Shown here: positions 32,109 to 42,583 of the stretch, one piece after another
How the letters are laid out: every line of letters begins with the position of its first letter
Numbering within the stretch: the first letter of the stretch is position 1
Assembly: GCA_963666485.2 (NCBI GenBank)
Contig: CAXXUO010000003.1
Location: 256,001-320,000, forward strand
Direction: 5' to 3'
DNA from: Syntrophorhabdaceae bacterium
GTDB lineage: Bacteria > Desulfobacterota > Syntrophorhabdia > Syntrophorhabdales > Syntrophorhabdaceae
DNA: 64,000 bases
Notes under the pieces: model-generated
The model's database searches: none
What the model was told of the DNA's origin: nothing
The model's input: the letters and a program-made list of their open reading frames with translations, nothing else
Translations under genes and position numbers: made by a program

Positions 32109-33248
32109 ATGGAGACGATCAGGGTTCCTATCATTGCCGGTGACGGCACCGGGGAAGATATCTGGAGTGCTTCGCGGGAGATATTCGAAGAGGCACTCCT
32201 GAAGTCAACCGGCAACACGAAGAAGATCGAATGGATACCCGTCATAGCCGGCTTGAAGGCGTTGGAGCACAAGGACCACCTGCTGCCCGGCGATACCATC
32301 GATGCGATAACAGACTGCAGCCTTGCTTTAAAGGGGCCGCTCACGACCCCGGTCGGGGGAGGTTTTCGCAGCGTCAACGTCTACCTGCGCCAGGTATTCG
32401 ACCTGTATGTTTGCATGAGGCCGATACGCTGGTTCAAGGGCTTGCCGAGCCCATTGAAAAAGCCGGAGGTGGTCGATATGATCGTCTTCCGGGAGAATAC
32501 CGAGGACCTGTACCGGGGGATCGAATGGCAGGCGGGGACTGACGACGCCCGCATCGTGATCGATTTCCTCAAGGACAAAATGGGCGTTGATCTTAGGCCC
32601 GACAGCGGGGTCGGGGTGAAGCCGATCAGCCGCACCGGGACGGAGCGTTTTGCGCGGTGGTCGATGGACGCGGCCATCAGGATGGGGCGCAGGGCGATCA
32701 CGATAGTCCACAAGGGCAACATCATGAAATTCACCGAGGGAGGTTTTCGGGAATGGTCGTATGAGACCGCCCGCGGATATAAAGAGCTGTCGGCGGAGTG
32801 CGATCCGGGAAAGATAGAAGTGAACGACCGGATCGCGGACAACATGTTCATGCAGGTCATATCGAGGCCCGGCGACTATGATGTTCTTTTGTGCCCGAAC
32901 CTCAACGGCGATTACCTGTCGGACGCCTGTGCGGCGCTGATCGGGGGCCTCGGTGTGGCGCCCGGCGCAAACTTTGGCGACAGTGTGGCGATCTTCGAGC
33001 CGACGCACGGGAGCGCCCCGAAATATGCCGGCAAGGACATGGTCAACCCGACCTCATTCATCCTGTCGGGGGCGATGTTGTTCGATCATGTAGGGCTTCC
33101 GGGGACGGCTGACATGATACGCCGGGGGGTCGAAAAGACGATTCAGGAAGGGATAGTGACGTACGACCTCGCGCGCCAGCTTGACGGGGTCAAGCCGGTG
33201 TCATGCTCCGGTTTCGGCTCCGAGGTCATAAAAAGGCTTCGTGCCTGA
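32109..33248 (+). CDS. icd: Isocitrate dehydrogenase (NADP-type)
   Basis: KGPLTTPVGGGFRSVNV, RENTED, VHKGNIMK, NLNGDY, HGSAPKYAG. Confidence 0.92.
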   Translation: METIRVPIIAGDGTGEDIWSASREIFEEALLKSTGNTKKIEWIPVIAGLKALEHKDHLLPGDTIDAITDCSLALKGPLTTPVGGGFRSVNVYLRQVFDLYVCMRPIRWFKGLPSPLKKPEVVDMIVFRENTEDLYRGIEWQAGTDDARIVIDFLKDKMGVDLRPDSGVGVKPISRTGTERFARWSMDAAIRMGRRAITIVHKGNIMKFTEGGFREWSYETARGYKELSAECDPGKIEVNDRIADNMFMQVISRPGDYDVLLCPNLNGDYLSDACAALIGGLGVAPGANFGDSVAIFEPTHGSAPKYAGKDMVNPTSFILSGAMLFDHVGLPGTADMIRRGVEKTIQEGIVTYDLARQLDGVKPVSCSGFGSEVIKRLRA

Positions 33249-33278
33249 AACACCTTAATTTATCCAGGGAAGGTAAAC

Positions 33279-34398
33279 ATGCTTGATGAGATCAAAGGAA
33301 AAATAGACGAACTCGACAGCCGCATCAGCGCGCTGCGAGGTTATCTTTGACCTCCCGAAACTCGAGGAGCAGCTCGCTGAACTGGATAAAGAGGTAGCAC
33401 GGTCCAGTTTCTGGGACGACCAGGAAAAGGCCCAGAAGGTCCTCAGGGACCGTTCGCGCATCGATGAAGAGCTAAGGTCCTGGCAGAAGAAAGAAGAAGA
33501 ACTCGAAGAGATCCACATCCTTTCCGATTTTATCCGGGAAACAGAAGATTCCGCAGACGTCGAGGAGTTGACCGCCCGGGTCGGGGCGCTCGATGAGTCC
33601 CTCGGCTCATACGAGATCGAGAGGATGCTTTCCGGGGAAAATGACGACAACAACGCCATTATGTTCATCAATTCGGGCGCGGGCGGCACGGAGGCACAGG
33701 ACTGGGCCGAGATGCTCTTCCGGATGTACCTGAAATGGGCCGAGCGCAAGGGCTTCACGAGCCAGGTCGTTGACCTCCTGCCGGGCGAAGAAGCGGGGGT
33801 CAAGAACGTCACCTTCATCATATCGGGAAAGCACGCGTACGGGTACCTCAAGTGCGAGAACGGGATCCATCGCCTGGTACGGGTCTCGCCGTATGACGCG
33901 AACAACCGCAGGCACACATCCTTCGCCTCCGTCTATGCCTATCCCGAGATACCGGAGGATATCGAGGTCGACATCCGGGAGGAGGACCTGAGGATCGATA
34001 CGTACCGGTCGAGCGGGCCCGGGGGGCAGCACGTTAACAGGACCGACTCCGCGGTGAGGATCACGCATATCCCCACGGGAATAGTCGTTCAGTGCCAGAA
34101 CGAGCGGTCCCAGCACAAGAACAAATCGATGGCGATGGCGATCCTGAAGTCACGGATCTACCAACTGGAGAAGAAAAAGCAGGAAGAGAAGATGGATTCC
34201 CTGAACAAGGAGAAGAAGGATATCGCCTGGGGAAGTCAGATACGTTCATACATTCTCCACCCCTACCGGCTCATCAAGGACCATCGCACGAAACACGAGG
34301 AGCACAACGCAGATGCGGTGCTCGACGGGGACATCGACACCTTCATAAAAGAATACCTTTTGTACTTGACTTTCGATCAGAAAAGAAAGGATAATTAG
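33279..34398 (+). CDS. prfB: Peptide chain release factor 2 with programmed +1 frameshift
   Basis: 23 codons end in CTT TGA C (33345-33351) with internal SD GAGGT; the +1 frame continues to SPY and GGQ motifs. Confidence 0.95.
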
Positions 34399-34404
34399 CT
34401 AGAT

Positions 34405-34659
34405 ATGGAAATTTTCAGCGTAAATAAAGAGATAATTAACGTAAACCGTATAGAAGAACTGGAAGAAAAGATCGACAGGCTCATCGATGGCTACCGCCTC
34501 ATGAAGAACGAAAATGAGAAACTGAAGGCGGAAATTGAGTCAATTCGCAACAGTGACAAGGACTTGGAAGGGAAAATGTCCGAGATTAGGGGCGAGCGGG
34601 AATTACTCATCGAAAAGGTCCAAAAGATACTCGAGAAAGTTGAAAAAGTAGAGATCTAG
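34405..34659 (+). CDS. zapB: ZapB-like coiled-coil cell division protein
   Basis: Short coiled coil directly upstream of zapA. Confidence 0.6.
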   Translation: MEIFSVNKEIINVNRIEELEEKIDRLIDGYRLMKNENEKLKAEIESIRNSDKDLEGKMSEIRGERELLIEKVQKILEKVEKVEI

Positions 34660-34667
34660 GGGTTCAC

Positions 34668-34967
34668 ATGGAAAAGAAGGTTGAAGTAACCATTCTGAAA
34701 CAGCCTTTTACTTTCGTAGGTGAGGACGATGAGAGGATAAAACGCGACGCTCATTACGTTGCGGACAGGATAGATCACGTTGTCGACCGGTACGGGATAG
34801 TCAACACCCTGAACGCTGTCATCATGGCAATGATGGAACTGGCAGACGAATACCTGGAGATGAAAAAGCAGGTAGAAAAGGTGGATGGAAGGACTCTTCG
34901 GCTTATTAAGAAGTTCGAAGATATTGAAAACATAGATGTTCCCTGCGGTGTTCGTGATAGGCGGTAG
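34668..34967 (+). CDS. zapA: Cell division protein ZapA
   Basis: VEVTIL..F, AHYVADR, AMMELADE; conserved position before 6S RNA. Confidence 0.82.
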   Translation: MEKKVEVTILKQPFTFVGEDDERIKRDAHYVADRIDHVVDRYGIVNTLNAVIMAMMELADEYLEMKKQVEKVDGRTLRLIKKFEDIENIDVPCGVRDRR

Positions 34968-35109
34968 GCTGTGAGCCAACACCTCAGCACAGGGAGCCGT
35001 TCCCTGTTGTTGTGTGCATGCTCACCTATGTGAGAAGCCTGATGCAATATAACGGCACCCACGTGAAAACGAGGTTCAAGACATATCGTCTACACGGCAT
35101 CTGCGGGGC
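34939..35109 (+). ncRNA. ssrS: 6S RNA
   Basis: Closing stem CCCTGCGGTGTTCGTG pairs with CACGGCATCTGCGGGG; ~170 nt; zapA-6S synteny. Confidence 0.85.
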
Positions 35110-35275
35110 TAATTTTAAGGGGTAAGGCATAAGGAAACAAGAGGTTTGATATAGATCATTTCAAGCTCTCTCGGAGGGATTTCGCATAGAGATGTAAAAA
35201 GTTTTTAAGTTAATCCTCTTTCTTTCCTTGTAATTGCACCCCCTTAATAATATTGAGATAGATTAGGGGGTTTCC

Positions 35276-36829
35276 TTGATTACAATTGTTGTAGCTGCTA
35301 TTGCTTTTGTCGTAGCCCTCTTCATCGGATTCTTTCTTACAAAATTAATTCATCAGAAAAAAGTAGGCGAGTACGATAAGATCGGGAAAAAGATCCTCGA
35401 CGATGCCAAGAAAGAGGCAGACGTCCTTATGCGCGAGGCGTCCATCCAGGCCAAGGACATTGTCCTCCAGGCCCGCAACGAGATCGAGCAGGAGGTAAAA
35501 GCCCGCAAGATCGAGATGCAGAACACGGAGCGGAGGCTTTCGCAGAAAGAGCTGAACATAGACAAGAAGCTCGACACTCTCGAGAAAAAAGAGGAAGACC
35601 TCGGCCGCAAGGACCGCGAGGTCTCGAACAAGAACAACCAGCTCGAATCGAAGCTGAAGGAGCAGGAGAATCTCCTTGCCCGTGCCCGGGAAGAACTCGA
35701 GAAGGTATCGGGCATGACGTCCGAAGAGGCGAAGAAGATGCTCATTCAGGGCTTAGAGCAGGAAGCCCGCTTCGAATCTCTCAAGATGATAAAGAAGATC
35801 GAAGAAGAGGCGCGGGAAAAAGCCGACAAGAAGGCGAAGGAGATCATCGCCTTTGCCATTCAGCGATATGCGGGCGAATACGTGGGCGAGGATACGGTCT
35901 CCGTTGTCCCGCTTCCCAACGAGGAGATGAAAGGCAGGATCATCGGAAGGGAAGGGCGGAACATACGCGCGCTTGAGGCGGCGACCGGCGTCGATATCAT
36001 TATCGATGACACGCCCGAAGAAGTCATCCTCTCCTGTTTCAACCCGGTGCGCAGGGAAGTTGCGCGCATCGCCATAGCGAAGCTTATCAGCGACGGCAGG
36101 ATCCACCCGGCACGGATCGAGGAGATAGTATCCAAGGTTGCCGAGGAGATGGAGGAGAAGATAAAGGAAGCCGGCGAACAGGCCGTGTTCGACCTCGGCG
36201 TTCACAATGTCCACCCGGAGCTGGTCAAGCTTCTCGGGCGGCTGAAATTCCGCAGCAGCTATGCCCAGAACATCTACCAGCATTCGCTGGAAGTGGCATT
36301 CATCTGCGGAGCCATCGCCTCGGAGCTCAAGATCAGTGTTAAAGAGGCAAAGAGGGCGGGGCTCCTCCACGATATCGGCAAGGCCGTCGATCACGAGGTG
36401 GAAGGTTCCCATGCTACCATAGGCGCAGACCTTGCCCGGAAGTACGGAGAGAGCGAAGAGATCATCCACGCGATCCTCGCCCACCACGAGGACGTCGAGG
36501 TCAAGAGCCTTCTCGATGTTATCGTACAGGCAGCGGATGCATTGTCCGGGGCACGTCCGGGAGCGCGCCGTGAAATGCTCGAAACGTACATCAAGCGGCT
36601 CCAGGAACTGGAGAAGATCGCCAATGCGTTCCAGGGCGTTGAGAAATCATATGCGATCCAGGCAGGACGGGAGATCCGCATCGTTGTGAACAGCGAGAAG
36701 ATCAACGACGATAGTATCATCATGATGTCAAAGGACATCGCGAAGAAGATAGAGACCGATCTGAGCTATCCGGGCCAGATCAAGGTTGTTGTCATCAGGG
36801 AAACGCGCTCGGTCGAATATGCCAAATGA
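35276..36829 (+). CDS. rny: Ribonuclease Y
   Basis: TM anchor, coiled coil, KH ([11 protein letters not shown]), HD (LLHDIGK). Confidence 0.97.
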   Translation: MITIVVAAIAFVVALFIGFFLTKLIHQKKVGEYDKIGKKILDDAKKEADVLMREASIQAKDIVLQARNEIEQEVKARKIEMQNTERRLSQKELNIDKKLDTLEKKEEDLGRKDREVSNKNNQLESKLKEQENLLARAREELEKVSGMTSEEAKKMLIQGLEQEARFESLKMIKKIEEEAREKADKKAKEIIAFAIQRYAGEYVGEDTVSVVPLPNEEMKGRIIGREGRNIRALEAATGVDIIIDDTPEEVILSCFNPVRREVARIAIAKLISDGRIHPARIEEIVSKVAEEMEEKIKEAGEQAVFDLGVHNVHPELVKLLGRLKFRSSYAQNIYQHSLEVAFICGAIASELKISVKEAKRAGLLHDIGKAVDHEVEGSHATIGADLARKYGESEEIIHAILAHHEDVEVKSLLDVIVQAADALSGARPGARREMLETYIKRLQELEKIANAFQGVEKSYAIQAGREIRIVVNSEKINDDSIIMMSKDIAKKIETDLSYPGQIKVVVIRETRSVEYAK

Positions 36830-37598
36830 CAGTTTTACAGTCCTCTTCCTCGGTGACGTTATCGGGAAGCCGGGAAGGAAAGCGGTGGCCCAGTACCTGC
36901 AGAGGTCCCGCGCGGATTTCACCGTCATCAACGGGGAGAACCTTGCGGGCGGTATAGGCATAACGGGGCGGACCGCCGCCGAGATGCTCGCCCTCGGGAT
37001 CGACGCCATCACAACCGGCAACCACGTCTGGAAAAAGAAAGAGGTTGCAACGTACCTCATGGAAGAGCAGCGCGTGATCCGGCCGCTCAATTATCCGAAG
37101 GGGACCCCGGGGTTCGGTTATACCGTGGTAAGGAAGAACGGCATTGCCCTGTGCGTCGCCAACATCGAGGGGCGCATCTTCATGAACTCGCTGGATTGCC
37201 CTTTCCGGGCGATGGAGGATTTCCTCGAGGAACAGGGCCCGGAAATACCTATTATCGTCGATTTCCATGCGGAGGCGACGTCGGAGAAGATCGCAATGGG
37301 TTGGTTCCTCGACGGCAGGGTCGCTGCCCTGATGGGAACGCACACGCATGTCCAGACCGCGGACAACAGGGTATTGCCGAAGGGGACCGGGTATATCACG
37401 GACGCGGGCATGACCGGCCCGGCCGATTCCGTCATCGGGATGGATAAAGAGGGCGTCCTCGAGAGGTTTTACACCCAGATGCCCCAGAAGTTTGAGGTGG
37501 GCAGGGATGATGTCGAGGTCCAGGGAGTTCTGCTGACGATCGGAAAAGACGGCAACAAGTGCCTCGACATAACGAGGATCAAGGAAAAAGTAGCATAA
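36819..37598 (+). CDS. YmdB/TIGR00282 metallophosphoesterase
   Basis: [28 protein letters not shown]. Confidence 0.93.
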   Translation: MPNDSFTVLFLGDVIGKPGRKAVAQYLQRSRADFTVINGENLAGGIGITGRTAAEMLALGIDAITTGNHVWKKKEVATYLMEEQRVIRPLNYPKGTPGFGYTVVRKNGIALCVANIEGRIFMNSLDCPFRAMEDFLEEQGPEIPIIVDFHAEATSEKIAMGWFLDGRVAALMGTHTHVQTADNRVLPKGTGYITDAGMTGPADSVIGMDKEGVLERFYTQMPQKFEVGRDDVEVQGVLLTIGKDGNKCLDITRIKEKVA

Positions 37599-37645
37599 TC
37601 CTGGCTTCACAACGCAATTCAATTCACAAATGATACGGAGAGATC

Positions 37646-38869
37646 ATGGGTATTGATGAACAGGTTGCGGTTATCAAAAGGGGAGCGGTCGACCTGATAA
37701 ATGAAAAGGAACTCAGGGACAAGCTCGCACGGTCCGAAGCGCAGAAAAAACCTCTCAGGGTCAAGCTGGGGATGGACCCGACAGCACCGGACCTGCACCT
37801 CGGACATACGGTCGTTCTCCAGAAGCTCAAGCAATTCCAGGAACTCGGGCATGTCGCTGTCTTCCTGATCGGTGATTTCACCGGGATGATCGGCGACCCC
37901 ACGGGACGCAACGAGACGCGCCCGGCGCTCACCCGGGACGAGATAATGGCAAATGCCGAGACGTACAAGAAACAGGTCTTCAAGATCCTTGATCCCGACA
38001 GGACAGAGATCCGCTACAACAGCGAATGGTTCGAGACGATAACGGCGGCGGACATGATACGGCTTTGTGCCCAGTACACGATGGCGCGGATCATGGAGCG
38101 CGAGGACTTCCGGAACCGCTTTCAGAACAACATGCCGATCTGTATCCATGAGTTCCTCTATCCGCTCGTGCAGGGGTATGACTCTGTCGCTCTCGAGGCG
38201 GACGTAGAACTCGGGGGCCATGACCAGATATTCAACCTGTTCGTGGGCCGCGACATTCAGAAGGCGTATGGGCAGGAATCCCAGGTCCTCGTCACCGTTC
38301 CCCTGCTCGAAGGTACCGACGGGATCAATAAGATGAGCAAGAGCTATGGGAATTACGTTGGCATAGACGAACCCCCCGATGAGATGTTCGGCAAGCTCAT
38401 GTCTATATCCGACGACCTCATGATCAAATATTATGAACTCCTGAGCGACATCCCGCTTGAAGGCCTGAACGCCCTGAAGGCCGGGATGGCGAACGGCACT
38501 GTGCATCCGAAACAGGCAAAAGTTGACTTCGCAAAGGAGATCATAACCCGTTTCCACGGTGAGGCGGCGGCTGATGCAGCCCACGAGAATTTTGAAAAGA
38601 CATTCCGTGATAAAGGCATACCCGACATTATAGAAACCTGGTCTATTCAGAGTCTTCCGCCCTTAATCTCAATACCTCATCTTTTGAAAGAAGCCAGTAT
38701 GGTTTCTACAACATCCGAAGGCATGCGGATGCTTGAACAGGGGGGCGTGTCATTCGCCGATATTACAGGAGGACAGTTTCTGAAAATATCCGCGAAAGAG
38801 ATGCCGAAAACAGAACTATTAGGCAAGGTCATCAAGGTCGGGAAAAGAAAGTTCAAAAAGCTCGTGTAG
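37646..38869 (+). CDS. tyrS: Tyrosine-tRNA ligase
   Basis: [16 protein letters not shown]. Confidence 0.97.
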   Translation: MGIDEQVAVIKRGAVDLINEKELRDKLARSEAQKKPLRVKLGMDPTAPDLHLGHTVVLQKLKQFQELGHVAVFLIGDFTGMIGDPTGRNETRPALTRDEIMANAETYKKQVFKILDPDRTEIRYNSEWFETITAADMIRLCAQYTMARIMEREDFRNRFQNNMPICIHEFLYPLVQGYDSVALEADVELGGHDQIFNLFVGRDIQKAYGQESQVLVTVPLLEGTDGINKMSKSYGNYVGIDEPPDEMFGKLMSISDDLMIKYYELLSDIPLEGLNALKAGMANGTVHPKQAKVDFAKEIITRFHGEAAADAAHENFEKTFRDKGIPDIIETWSIQSLPPLISIPHLLKEASMVSTTSEGMRMLEQGGVSFADITGGQFLKISAKEMPKTELLGKVIKVGKRKFKKLV

Positions 38870-38976
38870 ACCACACTTGCTCTTGACTTTGGGCGGTATT
38901 TGTAGTTAATTTAATCCCATTGTTCGTGGCCGCCCTGCGTGGCCGTGCTATTTGAAATACTGAAAATGAATTCCAC

Positions 38977-39050
38977 TCCCCGGTAGCTCAATCGGCAGTA
39001 GCGTCTGGCTGTTAACCAGTAGGTTGCAAGTTCGAGTCTTGCCCGGGGAG
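38977..39050 (+). tRNA. tRNA-Asn(GTT)
   Basis: Acceptor TCCCCGG/CCGGGGA, anticodon CT-GTT-AA, T-loop TTCGAGT; no encoded CCA. Confidence 0.93.
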
Positions 39051-39059
39051 CTTTTTTTC

Positions 39060-39079
39060 GTAAGGCGTAAGGCGTAAGG
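39060..39079 (+). repeat. About three copies of the GTAAGGC heptamer after the tRNA
   Basis: GTAAGGCGTAAGGCGTAAGG. Confidence 0.8.
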
Positions 39080-39184
39080 AGTAGACGATAACACCTTGCG
39101 CCTTCCTTTTTTCTTTCGTTATGGCAGGCTTTCCCTCTATAATAGGTGCGGTTCTTCAATCTTTTAGACTTGGAATTTGGCGCG

Positions 39185-40759
39185 ATGCTGTCTATCTTTC
39201 CTTTTGAAAACGATATTCCCCCTGAAATGCTGAAAGGGATTCCCGTGGCCGGCAAAGACTATCTGCGCGAGGGGAGGGTGGACCACTGGCGGGGACCCTT
39301 CAGGGAAGTCCAGTCTCCGCTGCTCATGCGGACCGTCGCCGGTCTTTCTCAAAGGCGGATCGGTTCCGTTCCGTCTATGGATGAAGACGCATCCTTAAAC
39401 ATTCTTCGTGAGGCCCGGGGCGCATTCGGCAACGGCCGGGGGAAGTGGACCGCGATGCCTGCGTATGAAAGGGCTGCATGCTTCGAGGCATTCCTCAAGA
39501 AAATAGAGGAGTCGAGGGAGGACATTGTACGCCTTCTTCAGTGGGAAATAGGAAAGACGGCGCGGGAATCGGTCAATGAGTTCGAACGTGCACTTTCCTA
39601 CGCCCGGTCCTGCCTCAACGTGATCGCCGAACATGCGCATGCGAAAGGCAGCATCTTCGAAAGCGGTGGTATTTCGGGCACGCTTGACCGGACACCCCGG
39701 GGCACGGTCCTCATCATGGGCCCTTTCAATTATCCGCTTTTCGAAACGATGACAGCCATGGCCCCGGCTCTGCTTTCGGGTAACACGGTCATCATAAAGC
39801 CTCCGCGCCTGGGATGCCTCTTTTTTCAGCATATCTTGAGGCCTGTGGAGGAGATCTTCCCGAAAGGCACGGTCAATTTTGTGTACGGGGAAGGACGACG
39901 GATCATTCCCCCTCTTCTTTCTTCCGGAGGGATCGACGTCTTCTATTTTATCGGCACGAGCTCGGTTGCGGCCTATCTCCGGGGGCTTCACCCGAAGCCG
40001 CACCGGCTCAAGTGTATCCTCGGCCTCGAGGCGAAGAACCCGGCCATACTGTTGCCCGACACAGATATCGGTACGGCAGCGTCCGAATGCGCAAAGGGCG
40101 CGTTGACCTTCAACGGCCAGCGCTGCGCCGCCCTGAAAATACTGTTTGTCCATCGTTCTCTAGCGGAACGGTTCAACGAAGAATTCGTAAAGAACATCGC
40201 CGGGTTCAAGTTCGGGATGCCCTGGGAAGACGGCGTGGTCATAACACCCCTTGCGGAATCCGACAGGGCAGAGTACCTCTCCGGTCTGGTCGACGATGCG
40301 TTGGAACTTGGCGCACGTGTAATAAACGACGGGGGAGGGGATACGGCCGGCACCTTCTTCTACCCGGCCCTTTTGTACCCGGCATCCGCCGCCATGCGCG
40401 TCTGCAGGGAGGAGCAGTTCGGCCCTGTCGTGCCCATAGTTCCCTACGATGATCTGGAAGAGCCTCTGCGCTATATCAGGGATTCGAATTATGGACAGCA
40501 GGCGAGCATTTTCGGCCAGGACAGGGCGCAGTTAACTGAACTGGCAGATCACCTGGTCCACCATGTATCGCGCGTGAACATCAACTGTCAGTGCCAGCGA
40601 AGCCCCGACGCCATCCCGTTCACCGGCCGCAAAGACTCCGCGGAAGGAAGTCTCTCAACATCAGAAGCGGTAGAGGCTTTTACGGTACCAACGTTTATAG
40701 CAACGAAGACAGGTTCAAGGTTCAAAGTTCAAAGTTCAAAGTTCAAGGCTGGGTTGTAA
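39185..40759 (+). CDS. Aldehyde dehydrogenase family, non-phosphorylating NADP GAPDH (GapN)-like
   Basis: GPFNYP, LGLEAKN, GQRC catalytic Cys, EEQFGP. Confidence 0.8.
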   Translation: MLSIFPFENDIPPEMLKGIPVAGKDYLREGRVDHWRGPFREVQSPLLMRTVAGLSQRRIGSVPSMDEDASLNILREARGAFGNGRGKWTAMPAYERAACFEAFLKKIEESREDIVRLLQWEIGKTARESVNEFERALSYARSCLNVIAEHAHAKGSIFESGGISGTLDRTPRGTVLIMGPFNYPLFETMTAMAPALLSGNTVIIKPPRLGCLFFQHILRPVEEIFPKGTVNFVYGEGRRIIPPLLSSGGIDVFYFIGTSSVAAYLRGLHPKPHRLKCILGLEAKNPAILLPDTDIGTAASECAKGALTFNGQRCAALKILFVHRSLAERFNEEFVKNIAGFKFGMPWEDGVVITPLAESDRAEYLSGLVDDALELGARVINDGGGDTAGTFFYPALLYPASAAMRVCREEQFGPVVPIVPYDDLEEPLRYIRDSNYGQQASIFGQDRAQLTELADHLVHHVSRVNINCQCQRSPDAIPFTGRKDSAEGSLSTSEAVEAFTVPTFIATKTGSRFKVQSSKFKAGL

Positions 40760-40854
40760 AGGTTCCGATCATGCAGGACAGTCAGCCCTTCTCCGATTGA
40801 AGTCTTGCACCGGTATGTTTTTAACGTTGAACCTTGAACGTTGAACCTTGAACC
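40712..40854. repeat. Inverted GGTTCAA heptamer arrays between convergent genes
   Basis: Five copies at 40712-40748; inverted copies at 40821-40854. Confidence 0.9.
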
Positions 40855-40859
40855 ATCTT

Positions 40860-41969
40860 TTACGTTCTATTCCACGCCTTCCATTTCATCTTGAACGCCT
40901 CTGCCACTGCCGGATGGGTTATGGTGCCTCGCCGCATGTTTATCCCTGAAGCGATCGTGAGGTCGCGCTCCGCGGCTTTCTTGACGCCCTGGGATGCAAG
41001 GGTGCGTACGTAGGGCAGTGTAGCGTTCGCGAGGGCAAATGTCGCTGTCCTGGGGACGGATGCCGGCATGTTGGGAACTGCGTAATGTATGACGTCGTAG
41101 AGTTTGTATATCGGCTCCGCGTGTGATGTCGGGCGTATTGTCTCGACTGAGCCCCCCTGGTCGATCGAAACGTCGACGATGATCGAGCCGGGTTTCATGC
41201 GGGAAACCATCTGCTCGGTAACAAGGACCGGTGCACGGGCGCCGGGCACGAGGACGGCGCCGATGACGACGTCTGCAACCTCAAGGATCTTTTGAATCGA
41301 GTACGGCGTCGAGTATAACGTGGTCACGCAGCCGTGCATTATGTCCTCGACATAGCGCAATCTCTCGTGGGAGATGTCGAATACCGTTACATGGGCACCC
41401 AGGCCGGAGGCGATTGCGGCCGCATTCAATCCCACGATGCCGCAGCCGATGATGACGACTTCGGCCGGGGCGACGCCGGGAACACCGCTCAAAAGGATGC
41501 CGCGTCCGCCGTAATCCGACTCGAGAAAACGCATCGCCACCTGCACGGATATACGCCCCGCCACCTCGCTCATGGGAATGAGAAGGGGAAGGCGGCCATC
41601 CTTGTCTTCCATCGTTTCGTACGCTATCCCTGTTATTTTCCGTTTGAGTAGTCCCAGTGTAAGTTTTTCCGAGGATGCGAGGTGGAGGTATGTAAAGGCT
41701 ATCTGCCCCTCCTGCAGGAGGGGCCATTCCACCTCGAGGGGCTCTTTGACCTTCACTATCATATCCGACCGGGCGAATACGGACCGCCTGTTGTCGACGA
41801 CCTCCGCGCCCTGGTTTGCGTATTCTTCGTCCGTAAGGCCGCTTCCGAGGCCGGCCCCTTTCTCGACGAGGACGCTGTGTCCATCGAGAACAAGGGCATG
41901 AACGCCGGCAGGCGTCATCGATACCCGGTTTTCACCTTCTTTGATCTCTTTCGGTATGCCTACTATCAT
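40860..41969 (-). CDS. ald: Alanine dehydrogenase
   Basis: [33 protein letters not shown]. Confidence 0.95.
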   Translation of the reverse strand: MIVGIPKEIKEGENRVSMTPAGVHALVLDGHSVLVEKGAGLGSGLTDEEYANQGAEVVDNRRSVFARSDMIVKVKEPLEVEWPLLQEGQIAFTYLHLASSEKLTLGLLKRKITGIAYETMEDKDGRLPLLIPMSEVAGRISVQVAMRFLESDYGGRGILLSGVPGVAPAEVVIIGCGIVGLNAAAIASGLGAHVTVFDISHERLRYVEDIMHGCVTTLYSTPYSIQKILEVADVVIGAVLVPGARAPVLVTEQMVSRMKPGSIIVDVSIDQGGSVETIRPTSHAEPIYKLYDVIHYAVPNMPASVPRTATFALANATLPYVRTLASQGVKKAAERDLTIASGINMRRGTITHPAVAEAFKMKWKAWNRT

Positions 41970-42001
41970 CGTACCTCCATTTCAGTGAGCGAATTTAAGC
42001 A

Positions 42002-42517
42002 TCACGTGTCACGTACAGTGAATCTCCATTTACAGAACATATCATCGGGGTGTTCGTCGGGCGGTGCGAAGACACATTCGACCCTGATGGACGGGTCGAC
42101 GGCGCGGGCAATGCTCTTGAACTCCCCTTCGTGCATATGCTTGCAGACAAATTCCCCGAGGCCTCTCTGCAGGCGCGCCTCCTGCGTGGGACAATTCGGG
42201 ACCGTCACAATGAGCTCGTCATCTTTTTCCTCGATCTGATAATCGACGATTATGGTCCAGGGGAACATTTTCAAGACCTTGTGAAAGCCCCGGAGACCTT
42301 TTTCCGTGACATCGAACCGCTGAAGCAGGTTGTGTACCCCCATCTCGGGGACGCGCGACCATACCTTCTCGTTTATCCGTTCCGCCTGCTCCTGGCCGTA
42401 CTGGTCATTGACATAGATGAACCAGAAGGCATCCACGACGCGGTAATGCCACAGAAGAAAACCGAGATAATTCCGGAGCTGGTCCTCATCCATGGTATCA
42501 AAAACGGACAAATTCAT
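42002..42517 (-). CDS. DUF6125-like hypothetical protein (V4R-like Cys motifs)
   Basis: VDAFWF, CPTQEAR..G..EFVCK, C..APPD...FCKW. Confidence 0.6.
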   Translation of the reverse strand: MNLSVFDTMDEDQLRNYLGFLLWHYRVVDAFWFIYVNDQYGQEQAERINEKVWSRVPEMGVHNLLQRFDVTEKGLRGFHKVLKMFPWTIIVDYQIEEKDDELIVTVPNCPTQEARLQRGLGEFVCKHMHEGEFKSIARAVDPSIRVECVFAPPDEHPDDMFCKWRFTVRDT

Positions 42518-42583
42518 CAGGTCCTCCTTAATTTAGTGGATGCACGGTATCTTTTATTGTAAATTAGTGAACCCCAAAAGACA

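Noticed and set aside
37604..37630. TTCACAA-like short repeat before tyrS
   Set aside because: Too short and degenerate to assign to the heptamer families
38977..40759. Genomic island integrated at tRNA-Asn
   Set aside because: No integrase and no duplicated tRNA 3' end seen downstream
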